Assembly (NCBI GenBank): GCA_001949185.1
Contig: BDGG01000027.1
Coordinates: forward strand, 7,915-71,914
DNA from: Ramazzottius varieornatus
Lineage: Eukaryota > Animalia > Tardigrada
Direction of reading: 5' to 3'
Length of the DNA: 64,000 bases
Notes under the pieces: generated by a model
The model's input: the letters and a program-made list of their open reading frames with translations, nothing else
Told to the model about the DNA's origin: nothing
Databases searched by the model: none
Part shown: positions 24,480 to 37,702 of the stretch, one piece after another
How the letters are laid out: each line of letters starts with the position of its first letter
How positions within the stretch are numbered: position 1 is the stretch's first letter
Translations under genes and position numbers: made by a program

Positions 24480-26604
24480 ATGGATGTTCAGCCGGCGCCT
24501 GTCGCGAAGCACGCCAATCGTACAAAGGGGAACGACATGGTAAACATCAAACTGCAGCCAAAGGATGCGTCGTCCATCGAGACCAGCAACTCGTACGAGA
24601 CAGACTACTTTCACCCTGAAAATGGAACCAGCGAAAACGGCGTCAGCGTCCAGGAATATCTCGCTGTCGAGCGCGAACAACCCACAGATGGACACGTCAT
24701 GCTACAGGCAGCTAATGGGCAAGAACAAGCTCCGCCACAGCAAAAGCCACCTCAACCGGAAGTGCAACAAACTCAGTATTCGCAAGCTACACTCGTCCTG
24801 TATCCAGGTCCAAACCCCATTGGAGCTCTGTACGAGTTCGCTCAGAAATGCAAATGGGAACGACCAGTGTATGATGAAGTGGAAACACCGGGCTATGATC
24901 CGAAATACCACAAGCAAGGCGCTTGGGGACGATTCCACGCTACCCTCACCGTTCCTGGCCAGAACTTGAAAGCCTACGCTTATGGTAATAAGAAAGCAAC
25001 GGCCAAGAAACAAGCGGCGGAGAACCTCATCGCCAAGATTAATGGGTACACGGTGAACGAGAGTAACGGCATCAACGCGCCGTTGTACACTTCGGCAGAA
25101 TACGTTCGGCCTGGAATAGATAAAGTCGACGCCGGAAATGGTGCAGATGGCGAAGAACAAGCTCCGATTCCCACAGGGTAAATTCGAGCTGTTCTTTCAG
25201 TCGTTTCGGAATCCTTTGACATTATCCAGTTTTAGGAAGCGACAACTGGATGCATCGATAGACAGCTCCGGTCCCGAAGAGAAGTTGCCGTTGAAGGATC
25301 CTCTGAATCCATTTCCTAGGTAGCTATTCGAGCTCGGCATACAACTTCGATAATTGTGATCGTTTCCCAAGTTTCAGCGTCATTGGCTGATAGCGTGCGC
25401 TACTCGTAACCTGCAAACAATTTTTCTGGGTGGCGCAGTGTTTTCAGTATTATTGGCTGTAGGGGTGCGCCACTGGGGAAAGCGATCTTGCCGGGCGAAA
25501 TCTCCCACTAATTCTTTGATGAATTATCTCTTCGAACCTATCTCTCTAATGATTTTCGATTGCAGTTTGCAGCATATCTTGAAGAAATGTAAATGGCCAC
25601 AAGCCACCATTGTCGATGACGAGGACAAGTCTTTTCACAAGTTCACCACCACCGTCTGCGTGGGTCCCGCGGACGACCCCGAGAGGTTCCGGACGTCCGC
25701 CGCCGCCACCAAGATGAGAGAGGCCAAACAGAGCGCGCTCATGGCTATGTTTAAGGAGCTCGAAAGCTCGCGGTATTTCATGGGCTTGTGGAGAATCGTC
25801 TCCGAACTTCGAACCAACGGAAACACTCCAGCGAAGGTAATATCTTAGTCATTTGATTCTTGATTGGTGCGCCACTTCAGTTGAAATACTGTGGATTGAG
25901 AAGGCAGATGAAATGTACCACTCAAGATTTCGACCTTATACGTTTCCTTTGCCGTCTGCCGATTATTAATTTTCTGTCCGCGTTTTTTTGTCTTTGATCA
26001 CTTTCTTACATTTTAGAGAGCCAAAGTCCACAAGGCCATCGTGGAGTACGGTCTAAACAACACAGCCTTTCTCACCACACTCCAGCCTTCCGACATGGGA
26101 GACGACTCCGAGATGCTCGTCGATTCCGCCTTGCAGAAACAAGGGCGGAATCCAGCCAGCACGCCCTACCAGTCCATGGGAACGCGTCTTGGCCTCGTCC
26201 TGAAGCATATGAAAGATTTCGCCAAGACCGCAGCCTCGTTCCTGGGTAGTCCTTCCGTGGAAGAAGCTAACGGCTGGGGTGACGGTGAAGAGAAGCGTCG
26301 GTATGTTCCTTGCTCGGCGTTACTCGAAACGGTCGCGAGAAAAATGCCGGCTGCGCTGTCCATGACTGTACACTTTGACAAGGAGACGAACGTGGAAGCA
26401 AGTGAAGAGGATTTGGGTGAGCCGAAAAAACAGGAAGTTGGGTTGGAAGTGCGGTGGTGCGATGAAAATACGGCCTTCCCGAGGTCGCAGAGTCTCAGAG
26501 GCACTGGACCATCCTACATGGCAGCCAAAGATAACGCAGCTTCGAAGTTCTTTTTACATTATGGGCTACGCGATGATGAATTTGAGATTCTTCGGGTCGG
26601 TTGA
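24480..26604 (+). CDS. Protein with three dsRNA-binding domains (TRBP/Loquacious/R2D2/RDE-4-like architecture)
   Basis: NPIGALYEFAQK...P.Y...F...AYGNKKATAKKQAAENL; LQHILKK...KMREAKQSAL; PCSALLE...GTGPSYMAAKDNAA. Confidence 0.8.
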
Positions 26605-27085
26605 AACTTTGTTCTTAACTTTCTCGCGGGGGCTTTTTTTACGGTTTGCGGCCTGAGGTTTTGTTACTCGACGTTCAAGATATTGATTTTTGTTGCTCAT
26701 CACCTACCGTGTTCGCTTCTTTCGTTTTTCTAGTGTTCGAATTTTGAATAACTTTCTTCCTGGTTGCACATTAGCTTCGTAAAGAGAGTTAAGAGACTCT
26801 GGTGTCGAACTTGTGCTTGGATGACGTCGAGCAGTGACGTCATGCTCCATGCGAGGCGGGCAATGATCCTTTTTCGTCCCATGTTCCTTTTTTTTCATGA
26901 TCTTCAGTCAAGTTTGTCCTACTGAGTATTTGCACGATGCGCAGAAATGTTCTTTCCTTCCGTTTGGCCCGTAACGATTTATTTTCCCTCCGTAAAGTTT
27001 ACCCGTGCTATACCTCGAAAAATATCATCCTTTCCCATTGCTCGGAGAGTAGTGCGGCCGAACGCTCAATCACAGGAAAATTAAA

Positions 27086-30000
27086 TCACTTCTTTCCGAA
27101 AGTCGAATTCTTGATCCATTTTTCGAACGTTGCCGGGGGCTTCTTCATGCTCGTCTGTGTAGCGGAGGTCAAGGATACCGTGGATAGTCTTCTTTCTCTT
27201 TCGTTCCCCGCATCACGAACCGCGAGGGTGCTAACCACCATGCCCAGTGGCTCGTCGTTCTCGTCCATGACAGTGAGAACAGGCTGCGACAGGAACTGAG
27301 GTTCGACTCTCCCCTTAAACTCGGAGGCATCTTCCACCACGATTGGAAGATGTCTCGGGTCCGCCTGTAATTGAAAGAAAGTCATCGAACACATTCTCAG
27401 TCATCGACATTCTCAGTTTTCAAGTCAACAAGTCGACCTCATCCCGAATGCTGATCACTGCCTCTTCAAGTTCACTATTACCAATAAGCGGGAGCTCGGC
27501 AAACCACCTGAACCAGATTGTGTCAAGTGGTGCACGTTCCAGCCCTATATCACTGAGAACGTGCGTCACGTGGGAAAACGATCTGGTCCAGTCTGTTTGT
27601 CGAGCTCCTGCATACGGTCGGTAAATCTTTACCTCCTGCATTTCGTTCATGGCCTGTCGGACAGCATCATGCACCGTCACGAATAGGTTACTTCCGTTGA
27701 GGTCCTCCGTGAGCCCACACAAGGATAAGAATTCCCTCATATTAGCTTTACATGCAGCCAGGAACAGCTTCATTCCTAGTTCGTGACACTCCGCCGCAAA
27801 CTCTTTGACGACCTTGATCCCGTTGATGTCCACGAAGCAGATGCTGGAGCAGTCAATGATGACATACTTGACGGGTTGTTCGAAGTAGTCCGCGGTCCAG
27901 GTCGCCACGTCCACCATGCTAGGCTTATTGTCTTTTTCCGGATAATACACCAGCTCAGCTGACAGGATACGCCTGTGGGAGTCATCGTGGAACTCTGAGT
28001 TATGATGATGCCGACTTCTGTGGTGTGCCGAATCGCTCTTGAGGTGCAATTTAGCTAGCGAGCGGACGCGGTTGGCGAAGTAGTCGGCGTTGGCGAAGTA
28101 CAGGGGAGCATCGAAACGAATGACTTTACACCCATCGACTTCCGCTGCCTGTGGGGAACCAAATCTTGTTTACGGAAAACCATCACGAAGAGATCGTGAA
28201 GACTTACCGATTTGTAGACGTCAGCTCGCTTATAGATGTCGGTACCCAATGCTCTTCCCAGAACGGGGACATCGGGTACTTGGGTCCTGAACACTACGGT
28301 CAGTAGGCTCCATCCTACTGCCGCGGCCAGGCCAATGTCGACGTCAAGTAAAATTACTGCCAGCAAGGACACCACGAAGACCGACTACAAGAAAAATTGC
28401 TGATGTAGGCCTGATTGTGAGGTACTACTCCGAAAAAGTGTGTCACCCAATGTTTCTCTTACCGTATCAGCTGCAGAAATCTTCCACAGGTTCGGGATTT
28501 CCGTCACTTGTTTCATCAGACCGATCAAGGCGACCATGACGATGCAGCCCAAACAAGCGTTCGGCAAAGGCTCCTACAAGAATATTTTTTTGTCATCAGG
28601 AAGAGTATTCCCTACGTTGCGAAACTGTGGATTAACGCACCAGAAGTTCGCCAAGAGCTAACAGGACGACCAGGACCAAGCACGCCGCTATGATGCTGAC
28701 CAGCTGTGTCTGGCCACCAACCGAAGTTTGTACTGCAGTTCGACCCAGGGATCCCGTGGACGGAATGCACTGGAAGAACCCCGCGAAGATATTAGTACAG
28801 CCCATAGCACGGAGTTCCTGGTTTGAATCCACCGTGTACTTGTACTTAGACGCGAACAACTTCGCAAGCGAGAAGGTTATGGCGAAGGAGACTATCGCAA
28901 TTGCGAAACTGTCGATCGCAAAGGAGGACACCAGCGAGAGATCAGGGACACGGGGTTCCGGCATGCCCAGTGGGATATTCCCGATCACGGAGACGTTGTA
29001 GTTGGGTTTCAAGCCCATACAGTACGAAGCCAGAGCGCCGCCTATAACCTTTGGAAAGTTGCAAAATAATGGACCCTAGGCAAACGAATCCAACGAGATT
29101 CTTTTCCCAAGTGGCGCATGCTCTCGGTCAGTGACAATCAAAACGTGCGCCACTTGGGAACTAGAAAACATCGTTTTTGCACTTAGAGCACACTTCCAGC
29201 CGATTAAACTGAAGATGTGCGCCACGTAGGAAAACAATCTTGTAGTTTCTTTGTCGAGCCTCTAAATAACTTCAAATGAATTGGCTCAGCTCACGAAAGA
29301 CAGTTCACCTACAATCAAGAGCTCGCTGGGAACTGGAAATCGTACAGGAAGCCTCTTTTGAATCCAGTTATTTTCGTTGAATGAAAATTTCACAGTGATG
29401 AGGAAGATGAGGCAAACAGCAGACAGTATCAGAGTAGGCTGGTTCGCTGTGCCTAGGTTCCGGAAGATATCCGTGTAGGTCTGGACAGAAGTCAAATTAA
29501 AAAACCATCGCGTTCCTGAGAACGTGTTTATTGTTTTGTCCTTACGTAGAATAAATTCAGCGGACCATTGTACGTCCCAATTCCGCGCAGACCAAGAACA
29601 GGCCTACCGGTCGAGGAACATGGTCAATGTCTCCATGTTCACTGCAACGCGTCTGGATTCGAGACCTCGTCATTTTGTAGCTTACTTTACTTGGCTTGTG
29701 AAGACATGGAATGCAGCTCCGGTTGTGAACCCTTTGACCAGCTGGTCCGACAGGTATACGGAAAGGTAACCCAGGCCGAGAAGCCCCATCAAGGCCTGAA
29801 AAACAAACCGCGATATTCCAAGACAAAGAAGGAGGACGCACAAACGCCGGTACATACCTGCCACAATCCCACCATGGTCGTAAGTGCAATGGCGGCCGCA
29901 ATTTTCGCTTCGAGGTTTCCATCGTCTCCATCAATGTCCACGACTTCACCCATAGAATCGTTCCCCGTTAAATTGCCGATCTCGGTGGAACTGCCAGCGG

Positions 30001-31192
30001 TTCCTCCATATTTTGTGATGACTTTGCCGGCCATGATACTGACCACAGCAAATGTCCCTGCAGAACAGAGTGACAAAACTTATTTGAACTCTCGGACGGT
30101 AGCTTCGGTTGCTTTCCACAACCAAATTTACCAAATGAAACATGCCTCGAGGTGGCCATGAGGGTGTAGATGAGCAGCGGGAAGAAGCTCGTGTAAAGGC
30201 CGAAGACTGCCGGCATGGAAGCCAGCAACGCATACGCCATGCCTGTGAATACGAGGTAAACGACATAATTCGGGCATAGTGGTTTTTCACTCGTAATTCG
30301 GGCATATCTTTTTCAGCTCCTGCTGCGCGTAATGAACCGCTTCTTGTTTCTGAGGTAGACTGATCCCTCTCCTCGAGGTTTCAATAGGTTTGAGAACGGG
30401 AAAGCGTTGTAGATCACGGGAATCTGGCCTGGGGTAGAGATGGGTTCTGTCCAATGTTAAAAAGCCTAATGTTGTATCAACACACGTACGATAAGGGATG
30501 AATCAAGCGTTGGAGGTAATGTTTCAAACCTTTCGCGTTGCCCGAATTATGGTGCGAAAATCGATATGCCCGAATTATGTCGTTTACCTCGTACTGGTAA
30601 TTGTTGGAAATGGAAACAACGTGTGGAAAAGTGCATTACTGCTAGTTCTTCTAGATCTATCAATACCTTGTGGGATATTCATGATACCAACTGTGAAACC
30701 TGCAGAGAAATTCCATAGTCAGAAGACGGAGAAGTGAAGATTTTCATCGACAAATTTTTTTACCAGCGATGACATCTTTAAGAAGGTTTTGTTTCACGTC
30801 GTAGTGTCTCAACCAGCCAAGTATGGGAAACGTTGACAGGAAGAATCCCAATGTAAGGCGTTTCCACTCCGGGTGCCATTCTTTTATCACTTCGATTTGG
30901 CGACGGGTGGACCGCTTCACTTTCTCCCACGGAGTGGCTGGCAGTCCATGCTCACCAAACTCTTGAGCGCTGTCGAACCTACAAACAGTCACTCCCGGTA
31001 AAAGTTAAAGCGGACGATTAAAACGAAAATTCCCGGTTGACAACCAACAAGTTAACGTTCTCTGGATACGCTGCACTCGCAACGTACTTTGCCTGACTGA
31101 AGATTGGACGGCTGACGGAGATATTTCGTCCGAAGCGGAGGCTGGACCGCTGGATGGGACGAGATTCCCCAGAATCGCTGTCCTTTTGAGCT
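27086..31192 (-). CDS. SLC26/SulP anion transporter (prestin-like) with STAS domain; 5' exon not located
   Basis: [18 protein letters not shown]...GLYTSFFP...[30 protein letters not shown] motifs FDAPLYFAN and [20 protein letters not shown]. Confidence 0.95.
30252..30591. mobile_element. mariner-type MITE in an SLC26 intron
   Basis: TA|CGAGGTAAACGACATAATTCGGGCATA ... TATGCCCGAATTATGTCGTTTACCTCG|TA: perfect TIR. The TAATTCGGGCA subrepeat is duplicated at both ends. Confidence 0.9.
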
Positions 31193-32871
31193 CTAGAAAC
31201 ATGCAACATGGTTACTGTAGGCTCGTACTCAATACTCGCAACTCTTTTTCGCGAACAGCTGGGTTAACTAAATTCAAAATAAGTTCGAAGTTTGGCCTAG
31301 AGCTATTTCAAGAATCATCACAACACAACAGCGATACAGAAACGGAAAAGGTGCTGGCTCTGAACGATAATGCGGCAATAAAAGATCTAAAGACCGGAAG
31401 AAGCGCCAACGGAACGTTGATTAGAAAGCCCACTCTCCGAATCTAAACTGTACCTAGGTCGTGGCAGAAGTGAAGCGTCATCTGTGTCCTTCTTTCACAT
31501 GACGCTCCATAAAACGTAAACTAATAACATCTTAAAGAAGCCGAGGGAAGATAAGCGAACGTGAGGATGCATGCACGCACTGCAGTGTTCATTTTGAGTT
31601 GATGTTTCCTTCTATCAGCATGGAGAAACTTTCAGATCGGTGGGAAGACCCGACGAACCGCGGAAGCGACCTCTCTGGTTGAACCGGTTCAGAGTCCGCA
31701 CAGATCATGAAAAGACGACCGCAGAAATTGTGGTAGTTTGGCTAATCTGTGTCATGGCATGTGTCAGGTCCACTTTTGTGTAAACAGGACCATGACGTCG
31801 ATCTGACTGACTCAAGGCAAGAGAAGCACTAGGCGATGGGAGGGAGAGTGGCTTAAGCTGCTACCTTTGAGTCCCGAGAACAATCCGGAAGAGCGTATCG
31901 AGGTTGCTTCGAGAGGAAACGAACCAACAGCGAAGGCCTTCGGCGAACTCCTTCAACTCCATAACAAAAGGAAGCGTGTCTATGTTGCAACAGACTTGTG
32001 GCAACCGGAAGTTCAATCAATTTGACGTGATTGACCTAGTCAAGTGATTGAAGTCAATCAAGTTCGAGGAAAGCCTTGCTTGCGTTTTTCAGGTTTTTTG
32101 CATCTTCTGCCTTCCCCGAAGTTCCACAACTTCCACTCTCGTGTGCTACTTTGCTTTGCAGGTGATAACTTCCTGTAATTTTAGTGTAACCTTGGTAGCT
32201 TGGACGCCCAGCCCGGGATCTTCCGGATCGTCTCTACAGCCCTTTTTAGACCAGCGATGTTTCATCGCCCACGGCGTTTGTCTATCCGAAGTGCACCGCA
32301 AAAAACCAACATACTCCGCCATACGGTCGACTGGAACGGCTGTCACTTACGCTTTTACTGAGGGGAATCTTCTGCAAAGCTTACACAAATATTCGATTCG
32401 CGAAAGATCCGTTCTCACATCGGGATATCCGCAGCAAAGGCGTTCTGACTTCCGACGAATAAGTGGACGAATCCTGTTCTTCCTGCCGTTTCCGTTGGAC
32501 TGGGTCGATGGTTTTCTCGTTCTTCGCTTCCGGAATCCTCCGTAGAACGTCGTAAGAACTAAAGCAGTATTTGATGGATCGGGAGATTTTGGCGTGAATT
32601 ACAGGTATTTTTTAATCGACTGGGCTGTCTTGTGGTTGCAGATGTTTGATCAAGCAACTTGTTGTGCTTGATGTGCACTGCGCGTTGCGCACCGTACTAA
32701 AGTGGTCCGTGCAACAGTGCGCACCAACTTGCGCATCCGCCTGACCAGTGCACCATCCACCTGCACTGGCTTTCGGGTCCACTAAAGACCTGCTTCTCCT
32801 CCTGTCTTGCTCTGGAGAGTAAAAGCGTAGCTTCCGGCCCTTGCTGCACGCCGAAGATCGATCGTGAGACC

Positions 32872-35682
32872 ATGTCTCGTAACGGAGAAACGGCCATGAA
32901 CAGGTTGGACCAGATGAAGAGTCGCGAGCTGCTTGTCGAAGAACGAATGAGTCTGCGTCAAGAAGACTTCACCGCCATGTCCAAGTACCTCTTCTTCTTC
33001 GGCACGTGGAACGTTAATGGTCAGTCTCCGCGGTCTCGCGAACCACTGGAACCTTGGCTGACGAACTTCGACGGACAGCCACACGTGTATGTCGTGGGCT
33101 TCCAAGAACTGGACTTGGATAAGCGTGCGTATGTTTACGAAGCGTCGATTCGCGAGGTGGAGTGGCTGAAAGCCGTGGAGAATACCATCAGCAAGAAGGG
33201 AAGGTACAAGCTGGCGAGGTCTATTCGATTAGTAGGGATGATGCTGGTCATCTACGTCCTGGAGGAAGATATCGAGTACGTTACAAACGTCGCAGCGGCG
33301 GCAGTTGGAACGGGCATTATGGGTTGGATGGGAAATAAAGGTAAAATTTGACCCTGGTTAAACCGCGCACTGTAGAAAATAGTCCAAAATACAAATCATC
33401 TACGCTTGGCCCACGGAATACTGGCCCATGAGTAGGGTGCGATTCTACTGAGCAAGTCACATTGTAGGCGGAAGTTATGTTGGCTCGTCCATCCTGGCCA
33501 AGTTGGCCAGTGTACTTTCTGGGTGTACACGTGCCTGGCCGCTTTGTTTCGTAATCTTTTAATGTGATTTTAGGTGCGGTTAGTGTTCGGCTAGAGTTTC
33601 ACGGCAGTCACCTGTGCTTCATCTGCGCGCATTTCGCCGCGCACACCGAAGAAGTCGAGCGTCGCAACGAGGACTACCGCAACATCTGCGAAAGGATGGT
33701 CTTCACGCACCTCGAGTACCCGAAGCGCATCAAGGAACATGACATGATCTTCTGGGTGGGTGACTTTAACTACCGCATCGCCATCAGCCGGCACGAAGCC
33801 CACAAGATCCTTCAGGGTGACCTTCCTTCGCTCCTCAAAGACCTCGCAGACCATGACCAGTTGCAGCTTCAGATGACCCACCAGAAAGTCTTTCACGGGT
33901 ACAAGGAAGGCAAGATAAAGTTCCGGCCGACGTACAAGTACGACATGGGGACTGATATGTGGGACAGCAGTGAGAAGGCTAGAGTGCCTTCCTGGTGTGA
34001 CAGGATCTTATGGAAGTGTAAGGATGGGGAGCAGGTCGAGCAGCTGATGTACACGAGCGTGAAGGACCTCAGGTTGAGTGATCATAAACCGGTGATGGCG
34101 CTGTTCGATGTGGGCATTAGGGTTGTGGATAAGCCAAAGAAGAAGAAGGTGTATGAGACCGTGCTGAAAGAGATTGACAAGGAAGAGAACTCGTTCATAC
34201 CTCAGGCTAATGTGGACCGGCAGGACTTCAAACTAGGCGAAATAACATTCATTCAACAGGTCGAGCATACGTTGACCGTGGCGAATACTGGACAGGTTCC
34301 GATTATATTCGAATTCATTCCGGCGTTGGGGAAGGAGTCTTACTGTAAAGATTGGCTGAAGATCACACCAAACAAAAGCAACATTTCCCAAGTATCATTT
34401 TACTGTAACGGAAACATACTAAGACAACTGAAACGCCGACAAACGAAACACAGAAGGTCGTAATCCTAAATGGCCACGCTTTCAGCCAATATGAACGAAA
34501 CCGTGCGCTACTCGGAAATTCGACACGATTGCTTTTCCAAGTAGCGCATATTCCCAGGAATACTGGCTGAGAACGTGCGCCACTTGACAAACCGATTTAC
34601 TAAGTTTCATTTTCCGGCCTCCCACTCGACAAAATCAATTTTGCTATTAGTGTGCTTGTGCAGGGATTTTGACCTCGTGTGAAGTAATCTCAGGAATGTC
34701 CGGATACTACAATTTGATTATTTTTCAGGGTGAAGTTTGCTACGTTGAGCTCCAGGTTTGTGTGGACAAGAAATCCGCCGCCAAGCTAACAACGGGCGCC
34801 GAAAAGCTGGAAGACATCCTCATCCTCCATCTGGACCGTGGCAAAGACTTCTTCATTTCCCTGCAAGGCGAGTACATTTCTAGTTGTTTCGGCATGAACC
34901 TGGAAGCCCTCGCCGCTCGCACTACGCCCGTTCGGCCTCACCTCTTCGTCAAGACGGAGCAGCTGATATCCTTTGACACACCCGATCTCACTTTCGCGTC
35001 CAAAGTCGCGCTTTCCCCGCCTGCCCACATTCCTGTCGAAGTATGGATGCTGCTGTGTCACCTGTACACTTCCTCCACCGATATTCCCGACCTCTTTCTC
35101 CAGCCTGGTCTTCCTGAAGAGGTCGAAAAGATCCGTGACCACCTCGACGCGCGGTTACCGTTACCGCTACCCGGAAGTGGTCACTCGGTAGCCGAAGCGT
35201 TACTGCTTCTTTTCGACGCTTTACCTGAACCTTTAGTTCCTTTCAAACTGTACAATGAATGCTTAGAAGCTTCGGCAAGCTGGCCGACTGCAAAGGTCGT
35301 TTTAGAGAAGTTTCCAAAGACGCACAGGGAAACGTTCAAAGCTTTCATGGTACTGCTGAGGAAGCTCCAACCACGGTGGGAACAGCACTCGAGTACCGAT
35401 CTTGGGACGTTAGAGATCCTGGCGGACTTGGTGCTGAAGCCTTCGGTGGAAGTGAATAAGAATATGGCGATCATGGGAGCGATCGGCAAAGGTGCGATGA
35501 AGCAGGCGATATCAAGAAAAAAGACGGCCTTCTTGCATATGTTTTTGGTGAATCGGCTAGATGACGAGCCGATCATTCCTTCCAGTCTTTCGCAGACTGG
35601 AGCTGCTACGAGTGATAATGGATTGGCAGCTCTTCCGCAGTCGAGGTCTGTTGTAACGTTTCCGGTGACTTTCACCGATTGA
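32872..35682 (+). CDS. OCRL: Inositol polyphosphate 5-phosphatase OCRL/INPP5B (5-Ptase, ASH, RhoGAP-like)
   Basis: GTWNVNG, GFQELD, GNKG|AV, FWVGDFNYR, PTYKYD, PSWCDRILW, SDHKPV. ASH motif ANTGQVP...ILILHLDRGKDFFI. RhoGAP-like LFLQPG, SVAEALLLLFDALPEP. Confidence 0.95.
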
Positions 35683-36077
35683 CGATGTGACTAGAATTTT
35701 CTGTTTGGATGGTTTTTATTTTCCCTTGTTTTGTTCCGGGCATTTGGCTTATTAAGCTGTATTCTTAACCTTGGAATTTTTTCTGATGGTTTCATGGAAA
35801 ATCATGTCATACAGACAAGCAAAGGTCTTGACCACATCAGGAGGCTGTTGAAGATTAATGGTCTATCGGTTTTCCGAGCCTAGTATCCCAGGCCAGTAGC
35901 TAGTTCGCTGACGCAACCGAACGGATTGGCAGGCCCTTGGGTGCTCATGTCACATTGCAGTTTAATTTGCAGCTTTTCCAGACCGTAATCCGTAATCCGC
36001 CTTCTCTTGGTTCCTGAGATGTTTTATTTTGCATCGTTGGAATTGTCCGATCCTCAACATTTCAGTTTGCGATTAAG

Positions 36078-36453
36078 ATGACTGCACCAAAAGAGGTAAG
36101 TGGATTGTGGTCGGAAGAAGCGGTTACACTTTCTACAGTCTTATCGAGTATTTCCTTTTTTCCCAGCTCATCGATGTGAACTGGAAAATGAATCTCCAGC
36201 TTTCTCACTCGAAGATAGCAGACACTAAAACACAGATTGCTCTAGTGGAATTCCTTCTGGCTGATAAAGAGGCAAAGTCGACGGAGCAAGTTTTGGTGGA
36301 ATTCACGAAGGACGAGTTAATGGATTTCTATAAAAAGGTGTGTCGAATTTTCGAGGATTTCTTTTCGTTGTGTAAGTACACGCACTGTTGATTGACCATT
36401 GTATCACTTTTTAGCTTGAAGAAATGCAAGCTCAACTGGACGCTCTGTTGTGA
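36078..36453 (+). CDS. COMMD10: COMM-domain-only protein, COMMD10-like (exons 36078-36095, 36167-36337, 36415-36453; 75 aa)
   Basis: LIDVNWKMNLQLSHS...EQVLVEFTKDELMDFYKK|LEEMQAQLDAL resembles the COMMD10 C-terminal COMM domain. GT-AG introns preserve the frame. Confidence 0.75.
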
Positions 36454-37702
36454 TCCTCTGGATTCTAGTTGTCTGAAGTCTGAACGGAATTTTGTTAAGT
36501 TGTGAGATACCTTATCTTCTTCTTCTCTCATGTGATGTAAGACGTAGGAAGTACTGTACTGTATTCCCTCGATAGTTCCGCGAATTACGTCTAATGCTAG
36601 TAAATTACACCCGCACTGGTATCCCTGATTGTTTGATTGTCGCCTATCATTACACTTGACTGGGGAGCAGTCTTTGATTGAAGGTATAGATACTTTCTGT
36701 TCCCCGCCGGATGATATTTACCACGACGGTCACGTCATTCGCAGAACTTTCGAGGGAATCCAGTAACATTAAACCTGTTCCGTTGAATAATGATGTTGCA
36801 TCATATGAGTGAAACGACATACTGACATGACATATGAAATGTCAGTCGCGGCTTGCGAGTGGTTGTAATCAATCAGCTCGCTTTAGTCGCCTTACGGCTT
36901 ACGATAAGTTGATTGAATCCGAATGTGAACTGGATTACTTGAACTCATCAGCAGCTCGTGCAGCGATGGACGGATGATTTACCCAGCCTGAAATCAAAAA
37001 CAACGCAGTTGTCTCGTACGACCTGCGAAGAGAGGCTATAAATGGTAGTTTGGTCATCGGTGCGTAAGTCCTGTCTATACTAATCAGGAGGCCTGGTGCT
37101 CGAACGACATTCGAATCGGGTTTTTAAGCCTAAGAGATTCTGATTGGTTGATTGCCGTCTTTCCGTGGGGCTTTAATTTGATGTTGGAAGCCGTTGCTTG
37201 TTTCCGGTATTTCGCTGGGTAAATCACCCGTCCAACGCTGAGCTCATGCGTGACGAGTATTGAATTCTGGAGGGACTTAATCGATCCTAAAGTTCCGGAT
37301 TTTCGAGATCTGGTGAGCTGAGGGTCGTGAAGTCTCTCTTTTCAGTGGGAACGTTGTTGGCTCGTTTTCAGTACAGCAGAGGAAGTGATTCAGTAGAGCG
37401 CGCAAGAGCTTTGTTCGATTCGTCATTCCGGTTTTACTGTATTGTTGGTTTTTCTAGCAGTCGATGACTGCATTTATCAGTCATCAGTGGCCAGACGAGC
37501 ATCCTTTCATCGGGCAAGTTCAAAGCCATAGCGTGTGAACCTTCTGTGTACATAGAGGTTGTTTTGGTGTGAAATATCAGTCCATCAAGAGCGGTCATAT
37601 GGTGATGATACCGTTGGCCGCTCCTTCGACGCTTAGGTGTTTTTGAGGGTCAAAGGTGGGACAGAGATGACTGAATATTTATGTTGACTTTTCGTCTCAG
37701 CC

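Noticed and set aside
27420-27633. Alternative SLC26 C-terminus by read-through of the last intron
   Set aside because: A good GT donor and a downstream exon exist. An open intron frame alone is not evidence of use.
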